A stretch of 64,000 bases of DNA from Trichormus sp. ATA11-4-KO1 (lineage in GTDB: Bacteria > Cyanobacteriota > Cyanobacteriia > Cyanobacteriales > Nostocaceae), in assembly GCA_019358915.1 (NCBI GenBank), contig JAHHIM010000065.1, forward strand, positions 288,001-352,000. The letters run 5' to 3'. Within the stretch, counting starts at the first letter, position 1, and every line of letters begins with the position of its first letter. Under the pieces are notes generated by a model, which was given only the letters and a program-made list of their open reading frames with translations, did not search any database and was not told where the DNA came from. Made by a program: the position numbers and the translations under genes. Of this stretch, positions 50,089 to 59,070 are shown in pieces.

Positions 50089-53000
50089 TTATTTTTCTTC
50101 AATGGTCGCTTCAGCTTGATGTACGAGATTTCGCAAATTTTCTAATGTCTGTATATTTACATCCTGCCATAAACTGCGCTGGTGTGCTTCTAATAATTTT
50201 TCAGCAATATCACGCAACGCCCAAGGATTTTTATCCTGGATAAATTCACAGACAACGGGATCAAATACATACGCCTGGGCAATACCCTCATACATGTGGT
50301 CTTCCACACATTGGGCGGTAGCATCGTAGGCAAATAAATAATCTACTGTAGCTGCCATTTCAAATGCACCTTTGTAACCGTGGCGCATCATACCCTCAAT
50401 CCATTTGGGATTAACTACGCGAGAACGATACACTCTGGCGATTTCGGCTTTTAATTGGCGGACACGTGGTTGAGCAGGAATGGAATTATCACCAAAATAA
50501 GTTGCGGGGTTTTTGCCTTGAAGTGAGCGTACGGCTGCTGTTAAACCACCCTGAAATTGATAATAATCATCAGAATCCAGCAAGTCATGTTCGCGGTTGT
50601 CTTGGTTGTGTAAGACAATTTGCATTTGTGTTAAACGCTGTTTAAAAGCTTCTGGCGCAGAAATTCCCACTAATCCCCCTTTTTCGTCAGGGTCAGCAGT
50701 AGTGTAAGCGTAACAACTCCAATTGATGTAAGCACGTGCTAAATCCTGATCATCTGTCCAATTTTGTGACTCCATTAAACCTTGCAGGCCTGCACCATAA
50801 GCACCTGGTTGAGAACCAAAAACGCGATATTGCGATCGCATCACGGCTGCATCCACAGTCAAACCTTGTTCCATCCAAAAATCAGTATCTTGGCTAACTT
50901 GTGCTGCCAGGGGATTATACTCTGGGGATTCATCCAGTGCTGCTACGGCTGCTACAGCTTGCTCAAATAAATCGATTAAGTTAGGAAAGGCATCGCGAAA
51001 GAATCCAGAAATTCGCAAAGTGACATCGACACGGGGTCGTCCCAAAATACTCAAGGGCAAGATTTCAAAATCCACTACCCGCCTGGCTGCACCATCCCAA
51101 ACAGGTTGCACACCCATTAATGCCAAAGCTTCGGCAATATCATCACCGCCAGTCCGCATCGTAGCAGTTCCCCACACAGATAAACCCAATGTTTGGGGAT
51201 ATTCACCGTTTTCTTGGGTGTAGCACTCAATTAAGTTTTCCGCCGCTTTTCTACCTACATCCCAAGCAGTCTCTGTGGGAATAGCGCGAATATCCACAGA
51301 ATAAAAGTTTTTGCCTGTAGGTAAGACCTCCGGGCGGCCGCGTGTGGGTGCGCCAGAAGGGCCACTGGGGATGTATCTACCATCAAGTCCGTGGAGTAAG
51401 TTGGTGATTTCTTGGTGGGTTTGTTTTAAAGCGGGGAGGAGTTTGGTGTTAATCCAGTCAAGAGTGGAGGAGAGTGGGGAGTGGGGAGTGGGGAGTGGGG
51501 GGGATAAGGGAGTTAGGAATTGTTCTATTAGCTTGGCTGCGTGTGCTTCTAGTATTTCTACTGCGTCGCCGATGGTGCGACAGGGGTTTGGGGTTTTGGT
51601 GGCTAAAATTTGTTGATCAGTTGCAGATAACTGAGTGCTGAAGCCTGTTGTGAGGGGGTCGAAGTCTAAACCCCATTCTGTGGCTATGGCACGGGTAATA
51701 CCTATAGAGTAGCGATTGGGGATGCGGGCGATCGCTACAATTAAATCTCGCAGTTGTCGTCCTTGGGGACATTGCCCAAAGATATGTAAACCATCGCGAA
51801 TTTGGGCTTCTTTTAATTCACAAAGATAGCCGCCGATGAAATTCAAAATTACAGATTCAAACTTTAAAATATCGGTGGCATCTTGAATACCTAAATCTTT
51901 GTGAAGATTTTCGGTGATGACTAATTCGCGAATGCGATCGCGGATTGCTGGTAAACGTGAAGGATCTAAACTTTCGGCTTCGTAATATTCATCAACTAAA
52001 TTTTCTAACTGTTGCAACGCCCCATAAAGTTCAGCACGGGTCATCGGGGGTGTTAAATGATCTAAAATCACTGCTTGGGCGCGACGTTTAGCTTGGGAAC
52101 CTTCACCTGGGTCATTAACAATAAACGGGTACAGGTGAGGAACCGGGCCTAAAGCAACTTCCGGGTAACACGTATTAGATAACGCCACACTTTTACCAGG
52201 TAGCCATTCTAAATTGCCATGTTTCCCCACATGAACAATAGCATCAGCCCCAAAACTTTCTCTTACCCAATGATAAAAAGCTAAATAATCATGAGTAGGT
52301 ACCAAATCTGGCGCATGATAATTCAAACTAGGGTCAATATCATAACCCCGTGATGGCTGAATTCCCACGAAGACGTTACCGAGTTGAATCCCAGGAATGG
52401 GGAGCAGGGGAGAAGAAGCAGGGGGGCAGGGGGCAGGGGGCAGGGGGGAATTATACTTATTTTCTTCCTCTGTGTTCTCTGTGTCTCTGTGGTTAGCCCA
52501 TCTTTCACTAACTTCTTGCTGTACAACTTCCGGTAAAGTAGCAAAATACTCTTGATACGTCTCACCAGATAAACTTTGCTGCACCGAACGCCATTCTCTG
52601 CCTTCTGGGTCATTGGTCACGCCATCGGTAAGACGTTGAATTAATTCATCTCCGTGGCTGGGGGCATTTTCTACTAAATACCCAGTCGCTTGTAAAGCCT
52701 TAATTATTTCCATACAACTAGCTGGTGTGTCCAATCCTACGCCATTAGCTAACCTACCATTACGATTGGGGTAATTTGCCAAAATCAGGGCAATACGCCG
52801 TTCTTGGGGTGCTTTAGAACGGAGACGTACCCAATTGGCTGCTAATTGGGCGACAAACTCAATGCGATCGCTTACTGGTTCATAAACTACTACATCTGTT
52901 TCTAAGTCAGGATTTCGGGTTTGTAATGCCTTAAAAGACACAGCACGAGTAATAATTCGCCCATCGACCTCCGGTAGTGCCACATTCATCGCCATATCGC

Positions 53001-54009
53001 GGGGAGAAAGCCCTTGCGATTGTGATTCCCACTGTTCCACACCACCGCCACTAAGAATCACTTGTAAAACCGGCACATTTAACTTTTGCCATAAGTCAAG
53101 TTGGGGTGCTTCTGTTTCCAACCGTGCCAGAGAAAAACTCGTAGTATTTAGTAATACACCAATTTGCTCTGAGTCTTTCGGCTGAAAAAACTCACTCAAT
53201 TCTGCTTGCACATCAGGGTCACGTAATGAAGAAACAAACAACGGCACAGGTTGTAAATTACGCTGTACTAAAGCCGTACACAAAGCATCAATTACCTTGG
53301 TATTTCCTGATAGATAATGAGCGCGGTAGAATAGAATGCCGACTTTGGGAAGTAGGGAGATGGGGGGATAGGGAAGTATTTTTGTTCTTGTCCCCTTGTC
53401 CTCTTGTCCCCTTATCCCTTTGTCCTCTTGTCCTTTTGTCCCCTTGTCTCCAGTTTCCAGTCCCCAGTTATACAAACCAACGCGCGGAACTCCTTGCGGT
53501 GGTGAGAAATTAAATGAAGTGTCAAGGCAAATATCTGAAATAAATTTGAAGGCATTAACAATATTTTCCACTCCACCTTCGCTGAAATATTGTAATACTT
53601 GATTAACAACACCCAAAGGTAAGGTAGACTGAGAGATTAATTCGGGATCAAGACCATCGTCTCCAGGCATTACAATCAGCGTTATACTCTGACGTTGCAC
53701 GATTTCCTGTACTACTTCTAAGCCATAAGCCCAGTAGGAACGTCCTCCTAATAAGCGTAAAATAATTACTTGGGCATGTTCTAAAACTTGCTCGCCGTAA
53801 GCATCTATACTTATTTGTTGCTGCAACTGCAATAAGTTGGCGACTCTTAATGCAGGGAAATTTGCAGGTAATTTGGGGACTACTGCTGCTAGGGTTTGAA
53901 TGTCGGTGTCAGCAGCAGTAATAAACACAAAAGGGGCTGGACTTTGTTCAATAAAAGTTAAATTTTCAGACTGATTCCATCCGCCTGATGTGGCACTTAT
54001 ACGATGCAT
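50089..54009 (-). CDS. cobN: Cobaltochelatase subunit CobN
   Basis: LPEVDGR, HVGKHGNLEWLPGK, LPTGKNFY and RVVNPKW motifs. Confidence 0.95.
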   Translation of the reverse strand: MHRISATSGGWNQSENLTFIEQSPAPFVFITAADTDIQTLAAVVPKLPANFPALRVANLLQLQQQISIDAYGEQVLEHAQVIILRLLGGRSYWAYGLEVVQEIVQRQSITLIVMPGDDGLDPELISQSTLPLGVVNQVLQYFSEGGVENIVNAFKFISDICLDTSFNFSPPQGVPRVGLYNWGLETGDKGTKGQEDKGIRGQEDKGTRTKILPYPPISLLPKVGILFYRAHYLSGNTKVIDALCTALVQRNLQPVPLFVSSLRDPDVQAELSEFFQPKDSEQIGVLLNTTSFSLARLETEAPQLDLWQKLNVPVLQVILSGGGVEQWESQSQGLSPRDMAMNVALPEVDGRIITRAVSFKALQTRNPDLETDVVVYEPVSDRIEFVAQLAANWVRLRSKAPQERRIALILANYPNRNGRLANGVGLDTPASCMEIIKALQATGYLVENAPSHGDELIQRLTDGVTNDPEGREWRSVQQSLSGETYQEYFATLPEVVQQEVSERWANHRDTENTEEENKYNSPLPPAPCPPASSPLLPIPGIQLGNVFVGIQPSRGYDIDPSLNYHAPDLVPTHDYLAFYHWVRESFGADAIVHVGKHGNLEWLPGKSVALSNTCYPEVALGPVPHLYPFIVNDPGEGSQAKRRAQAVILDHLTPPMTRAELYGALQQLENLVDEYYEAESLDPSRLPAIRDRIRELVITENLHKDLGIQDATDILKFESVILNFIGGYLCELKEAQIRDGLHIFGQCPQGRQLRDLIVAIARIPNRYSIGITRAIATEWGLDFDPLTTGFSTQLSATDQQILATKTPNPCRTIGDAVEILEAHAAKLIEQFLTPLSPPLPTPHSPLSSTLDWINTKLLPALKQTHQEITNLLHGLDGRYIPSGPSGAPTRGRPEVLPTGKNFYSVDIRAIPTETAWDVGRKAAENLIECYTQENGEYPQTLGLSVWGTATMRTGGDDIAEALALMGVQPVWDGAARRVVDFEILPLSILGRPRVDVTLRISGFFRDAFPNLIDLFEQAVAAVAALDESPEYNPLAAQVSQDTDFWMEQGLTVDAAVMRSQYRVFGSQPGAYGAGLQGLMESQNWTDDQDLARAYINWSCYAYTTADPDEKGGLVGISAPEAFKQRLTQMQIVLHNQDNREHDLLDSDDYYQFQGGLTAAVRSLQGKNPATYFGDNSIPAQPRVRQLKAEIARVYRSRVVNPKWIEGMMRHGYKGAFEMAATVDYLFAYDATAQCVEDHMYEGIAQAYVFDPVVCEFIQDKNPWALRDIAEKLLEAHQRSLWQDVNIQTLENLRNLVHQAEATIEEK

Positions 54010-54099
54010 AATCCTGTATTACCGTTTTAAACTGTTGGTTAGAAGACAATTACAAAAATTTGGACGTAGCCTTCAGCCTTTATTATCAGACCATTGAAA

Positions 54100-55989
54100 A
54101 TGCTTAGTTCCTCTGATGCGAGCTTTTCTCGAAACTTGCCTTTAGTTGTATTTAATCAACTTGGGGAATTATTACAGCAGATGGCTCAAGCATTAGGAAC
54201 TGCTGCATTGGTACTCACAGAAGCTGTATTGGTAAGGATTTGCACTCCTTTAGAGTGGCAAAATCAAAAATTTACGCTAGTGATTTCTGAGCAGTTTAGC
54301 GCACTTTTAGTGGGCAAATTGGAGCAAGGGGAGCCAGGAATTTACTCAACACTCAATACTACGTTGACATTTAATTCCGAGGCGATCGCCTGCTTTATTT
54401 CGCAATTGCGAGACTTATTTGAGTGTGATTCCTACACTCATCAAAATCTTGAACACTATCGTCAAGTTCTCAGTCCTAACGATGCCAAACTCCAAGCTAA
54501 ATTTACACTGTTGTTATTAGAATATCTCCTACCACAAGAAAATGTGGACGCGACAGAACCTTCAAGTACCAATAACCCTGAAGTGTATGTCTGTCAGGCT
54601 GTGGAAGATGCCCTAAAAAAACAAATTTCCCAAGAACAATTGTTAAATCAGGTAACGACCCAGATCCGCAAAAGCTTAGATTTGCCAGTAATTATGGCCA
54701 CAGCGATCACTCAAGTGCGGGAGTTTCTAGAACTAGACAGATTAGTAATATATAAATTTGAGGGTGCAAGAGTCAATACTCAAAACCTGCCCCAACCCCC
54801 AATACAAAATCTACAACAGTATGGGGGTTGCATTGTCTATGAAGCCCGTGCTAGAAATACCATTCCCTCGGTGTTGTATTACCAGGAAAGAACCTGTTTC
54901 AATAGAAATTCCCCATGTTGGGAGAAATATCGCCAAGGATTTACCTTAGTTGTTGATGATGTCGAAAAAACTTATGCCTTAGAAGCATGTTTGTTAAATT
55001 TTTTAAGGGAAAGCCAAGTTAGAGCAAAGTTGGCAGCACCGATTATATTTGAAGAAAAGCTGTGGGGGCTGTTGATTGCTCATCAATGTGACACTCCACG
55101 AGAATGGGCTGAAAGTGACAAAAACTTACTTACTTCCATAGCTGAACAATTAGCGATCGCCATTCATCAAGCTGAGTTAATGCGCTCTCTGACTGAAGAA
55201 AAACAAACTCTCGAACAACGCGTAATTGAGCGCACAATGGCTTTACGCGAGGCTTTACTGGCTGCTGAAGCCGCTAGCCGCCTCAGAAATGAATTTCTCG
55301 CTACCATCAGCCATGAATTGCTCACCCCTTTAACTTACGTGATTGGCATGTCTTCCACACTGTTACGCTGGCCTTTGGGTGAATTGACTGGGCGCCAACG
55401 AGATTATCTGCAAACAATCCACGACAGTGGAGAACATTTATTAGAAATGATTAATGACATCCTCGATTTATCCCAAATTGAGGCAGGTAAAACAGTTTTA
55501 AATATTACAGAATTTTCCTTAGCAGATACAGCACAAAGGACAGTGGCATCCCTATCAGAAAAAGCCACTAGTAAACAAATTAATCTCAAACTTGATTTAC
55601 AAATCGACCCACGACGCGATCGCTTTACTGCTGATGCGGGGCGAGTAGAACAAATTCTCTGGAATCTGTTAACTAATGCGATTAAATTTACCCCTGAAGG
55701 TGGCAGTGTCACCTTGCGTATCTGGGTAGAAGATGATACCGCTATCTTTCAAGTCGAAGACACGGGAATTGGCATTCCCGAAGAGCAATTACCACTTTTG
55801 TTTGAAAAATTCCAGCAACTTGATACACCATTACGTCGCCGCTACGAAGGCACTGGACTCGGTTTAGCTTTAACTAAACAACTTGTAGAACTTCATCGGG
55901 GTCGAATTGAAGTAGAATCTACTGTGGCCATTGGCTCAATTTTCACTGTGTGGATACCAGCCCAACTCAGAGTGGGGAGTAGGGAGTAG
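54100..55989 (+). CDS. cikA: GAF histidine kinase, CikA orthologue lacking a pseudo-receiver
   Basis: GAF (IRKSLDL...LWGLLIAHQC), SHELLTPL H-box and HATPase; synteny with cobN and furA. Confidence 0.75.
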   Translation: MLSSSDASFSRNLPLVVFNQLGELLQQMAQALGTAALVLTEAVLVRICTPLEWQNQKFTLVISEQFSALLVGKLEQGEPGIYSTLNTTLTFNSEAIACFISQLRDLFECDSYTHQNLEHYRQVLSPNDAKLQAKFTLLLLEYLLPQENVDATEPSSTNNPEVYVCQAVEDALKKQISQEQLLNQVTTQIRKSLDLPVIMATAITQVREFLELDRLVIYKFEGARVNTQNLPQPPIQNLQQYGGCIVYEARARNTIPSVLYYQERTCFNRNSPCWEKYRQGFTLVVDDVEKTYALEACLLNFLRESQVRAKLAAPIIFEEKLWGLLIAHQCDTPREWAESDKNLLTSIAEQLAIAIHQAELMRSLTEEKQTLEQRVIERTMALREALLAAEAASRLRNEFLATISHELLTPLTYVIGMSSTLLRWPLGELTGRQRDYLQTIHDSGEHLLEMINDILDLSQIEAGKTVLNITEFSLADTAQRTVASLSEKATSKQINLKLDLQIDPRRDRFTADAGRVEQILWNLLTNAIKFTPEGGSVTLRIWVEDDTAIFQVEDTGIGIPEEQLPLLFEKFQQLDTPLRRRYEGTGLGLALTKQLVELHRGRIEVESTVAIGSIFTVWIPAQLRVGSRE

Positions 55990-56081
55990 AGAGTGGGGAG
56001 TGGGGAGTGGAAAAAATATTTCAAATTCTAATTACGAATTACGAATTACGAATTACGAATTACCAATGATGGGAGAACGTA

Positions 56082-57593
56082 ATGACAGCAGGGTTGCCAG
56101 AAAAACGGGTAGTAGTGGTCGGTGCTGGTTGGGCTGGTTTAGGCGCAACCTACCATCTGGCCAAACAAGGATACGATGTTACACTTCTTGAAGCAGGGTC
56201 TTATCCCGGCGGACTTGTAGCAGGTTGGAAAACAACAGCAGGCAAATCTGTAGAAGCGGGAATTCACGGTTTTTGGTACCCTTACAGAAATATTTTTGCC
56301 CTGATTAATGAATTAGAAATTAATCCCTTCACCACCTGGACTCGTTCCGCCCAATATTCACCTGCGGGGTTGGAAGTTGAATCACCGATTTTTCAAGACT
56401 TACCGCGACTGCCTTCACCTTTGGGTACTTTTCTCTACACTCAGTTTCAACGGCTGCCATTAATTGATCGTCTCAGCGCTTTGCCTTTGCTTTACTCTGT
56501 TGTAGATTTTGATAATTCCGATGAAGCTTGGCGGCGTTACGATTTTGTCACAGCCCGTGAATTATTCAAAGATTTTGGTGTTTCTGCCCGACTTTACAAA
56601 GAAGCCTTTGAACCCATGTTGTTGGTGGGTTTATTTGCCCCTGGTGAACAATGTTCAGCCGCAGCTACATTAGGGATGCTGTACTTTTTTATTCTGGCTC
56701 ACCAACCTGATTTTGATGTGGTTTGGTGTCGGGGAACTGTCGGGGAAAAAATATTTCGTCCTTGGGTAGAAAGAATTGAAAAAGCTGGTGCGAAAGTGCT
56801 ACCCTTACGACGTGTTACTGACTTAATTGTTGATAGTCAGAATCGGGCTAAAGGTGTTGTTTGCGGTGATGAAATATTTGCTGCCGATGCCGTAATTTTT
56901 GCGGTGGGAATTACGGGAATGCAGAAAATTGTCTCAACTAGCCCCAGCTTACAAACCCGCGAAGAATTCCGCAATTTGCATAATTTAGGGGCAATCGATG
57001 TTTTAGCTACTCGGTTATGGTTTGATTGCAAAATTGAGATTCCTCGTCCTTCTAATGCTTGCTTTGGCTTTGATGCCACTACGGGATGGACGTTTTTTGA
57101 TTTAAATGCTCTACATGATGAATATAAAAATGAGACAGGAACAGTGATTGAAGCTGATTTTTATCATGCCAATCAATTTCTCGGTATGAGTGATGCAGAA
57201 ATTGTCACCAAAGTCCAAAATTATTTAGCAACTTGTGTACCAGGATTTCGCCAGGCGACAGTAGTAGATAGTAGTGTGATTCGGTTACCAAAAGCAGTGA
57301 CTCACTTCGCACCTGGTAGCTATCGTCATATGTTGCCAGCTAAAACCAGTTTTGGAAATGTATTTATGAGTGGCGATTGGATTGTCACTCGTCACGGTGC
57401 TTGGTCACAAGAAAAAGCTTATGTTACTGGTTTAGAAGCGGCAAATTTAGTAGTGTCCTATTTAGGAAAGGGTCAGCCATCTGATATTTTACCTGTAGAA
57501 GCGGACGAAGCACATATACAAGTGGCGCGATCGCTCAACCAAACAGTGCGTGACTTGGGTAAATCTATTTTGCCTGACTTTTGGTTACCTTAA
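56082..57593 (+). CDS. FAD-dependent oxidoreductase (amine oxidase / carotene desaturase-like)
   Basis: VVGAGWAGL, EAGIHGFW, SGDW and QEKAYVTG motifs. Confidence 0.88.
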   Translation: MTAGLPEKRVVVVGAGWAGLGATYHLAKQGYDVTLLEAGSYPGGLVAGWKTTAGKSVEAGIHGFWYPYRNIFALINELEINPFTTWTRSAQYSPAGLEVESPIFQDLPRLPSPLGTFLYTQFQRLPLIDRLSALPLLYSVVDFDNSDEAWRRYDFVTARELFKDFGVSARLYKEAFEPMLLVGLFAPGEQCSAAATLGMLYFFILAHQPDFDVVWCRGTVGEKIFRPWVERIEKAGAKVLPLRRVTDLIVDSQNRAKGVVCGDEIFAADAVIFAVGITGMQKIVSTSPSLQTREEFRNLHNLGAIDVLATRLWFDCKIEIPRPSNACFGFDATTGWTFFDLNALHDEYKNETGTVIEADFYHANQFLGMSDAEIVTKVQNYLATCVPGFRQATVVDSSVIRLPKAVTHFAPGSYRHMLPAKTSFGNVFMSGDWIVTRHGAWSQEKAYVTGLEAANLVVSYLGKGQPSDILPVEADEAHIQVARSLNQTVRDLGKSILPDFWLP

Positions 57594-57596
57594 TCA

Positions 57597-57720
57597 GTGT
57601 GAATTCGATAGACCTCACCCCAACCCCTCTGGGCGCCGGAGAGAGGCTTAAATATCCTTAATTACCAACGAAAAATCAAGGTTTAAAAACCGGTTTTTGA
57701 TATTCGTCGAACTCACGTTA
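57597..57720. mobile_element. MITE-like element between convergent genes
   Basis: GTGAATTCGA ... TCGAACTCAC imperfect inverted ends. Confidence 0.5.
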
Positions 57721-57736
57721 CATTGAGTAGCAATAT

Positions 57737-59065
57737 CTATGCAACTTGGAGAACTCGCTGTTGAATGGGAATTTTAATCACGAATTCCGTCCCTTTTCCG
57801 GGTGTGGATTGGCAGCAAAGACTGCCACCATGTTTCTCTACAATAATCTGGTAACTGATAGACAACCCTAATCCGGTTCCTTTACCAACAGGTTTCGTCG
57901 TAAAAAAGGGATCAAATAGCTTGGCTTGCACAGCTTCACTCATTCCTGGTCCATTATCAGTAATATGGATAGCAGCCCAATCATTGCCAATCATTTTAGT
58001 ACTAATCTCAATTCGACTTGGTTGCTGCTTTATTTCTGCAAACGAACGCTGTTGATTGTATTCATCCAAGGCATCAATGGCATTAGCCAGAATATTCATA
58101 AATACTTGATTTAGCCTGCCTGTATAGCAATCAATTAATGGTAATTGACCGTAATTTCTCACTACTTCAATACCAGGATGCTCTGGTTTTGCCTTTAAGC
58201 GGTAATTCAAAATGGTGAGTGTACTGTCAATTCCTTCATGAATATTGACTGTTTTCACATTAAGTTCGTCTACACGAGAGAAAACCCGCATAGATTTGAC
58301 GATTTCATGGATGCGTTTTGCACCCATATTCATTGATTGGAACAGCTTCAACAAGTCATCTTCAATAAACTCTAAGTCAGTTGTTTCTAATTCTGCTTGG
58401 ATAAGAGGAGTGGGATTAGGGTATTCTTTTTGATAAATGTGCAGAAGTTTTAGTATATCTTGGGTATATTCATTAGCATGAATGAGATTACCATAAATGA
58501 AATTTACAGGGTTATTAATCTCATGAGTAATACCCGCAACCATCTCTCCTAAACTAGATAGTTTCTCGCTTTGAATTAGCTTAATTTGCATTTCTTGCAT
58601 ATCAGTGTATGCAAGACTTAATTCGGCAATTTTTTGCTCTAATAGCCTATTTTTCTGCTCCAATTTTTCAGACAAATCATACAACTTTAGATGTAATTTC
58701 ACCCGTGATAACACCTCTTCTTGCTGGAAAGGTTTGGTGATATAGTCTACCGCCCCAGCTTCAAACCCTTCAACTTTATTGGCAGTGTCAGAGAGGGCGG
58801 TCATAAAGATGACTGGAATTTCTTTAGTTGCTGAATTGGCCTTTAGTTGACGACAAGTTTCAAATCCATCTATTTCTGGCATCATCACATCCAATAAAAT
58901 TAAATGGGGTAGGGCATATTTGACCCTTTCTAAAGCTACTTTTCCAGATTTTGCTACCCACACTTCTAAGCCTGCCTGATCAAGGGCATCAGATAAAACA
59001 CCTAAGTTGGCAGGATGATCATCAACAATGAGAACCGTTGCAGTTTGCTCAGATACAAAATTCAT
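57737..59065 (-). CDS. Receiver-domain histidine kinase
   Basis: IVDD, LLDVMMP, HEINNP and FFTTKPVGKGTGLGL motifs. Confidence 0.93.
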   Translation of the reverse strand: MNFVSEQTATVLIVDDHPANLGVLSDALDQAGLEVWVAKSGKVALERVKYALPHLILLDVMMPEIDGFETCRQLKANSATKEIPVIFMTALSDTANKVEGFEAGAVDYITKPFQQEEVLSRVKLHLKLYDLSEKLEQKNRLLEQKIAELSLAYTDMQEMQIKLIQSEKLSSLGEMVAGITHEINNPVNFIYGNLIHANEYTQDILKLLHIYQKEYPNPTPLIQAELETTDLEFIEDDLLKLFQSMNMGAKRIHEIVKSMRVFSRVDELNVKTVNIHEGIDSTLTILNYRLKAKPEHPGIEVVRNYGQLPLIDCYTGRLNQVFMNILANAIDALDEYNQQRSFAEIKQQPSRIEISTKMIGNDWAAIHITDNGPGMSEAVQAKLFDPFFTTKPVGKGTGLGLSISYQIIVEKHGGSLCCQSTPGKGTEFVIKIPIQQRVLQVA

Positions 59066-59070
59066 ACTGC

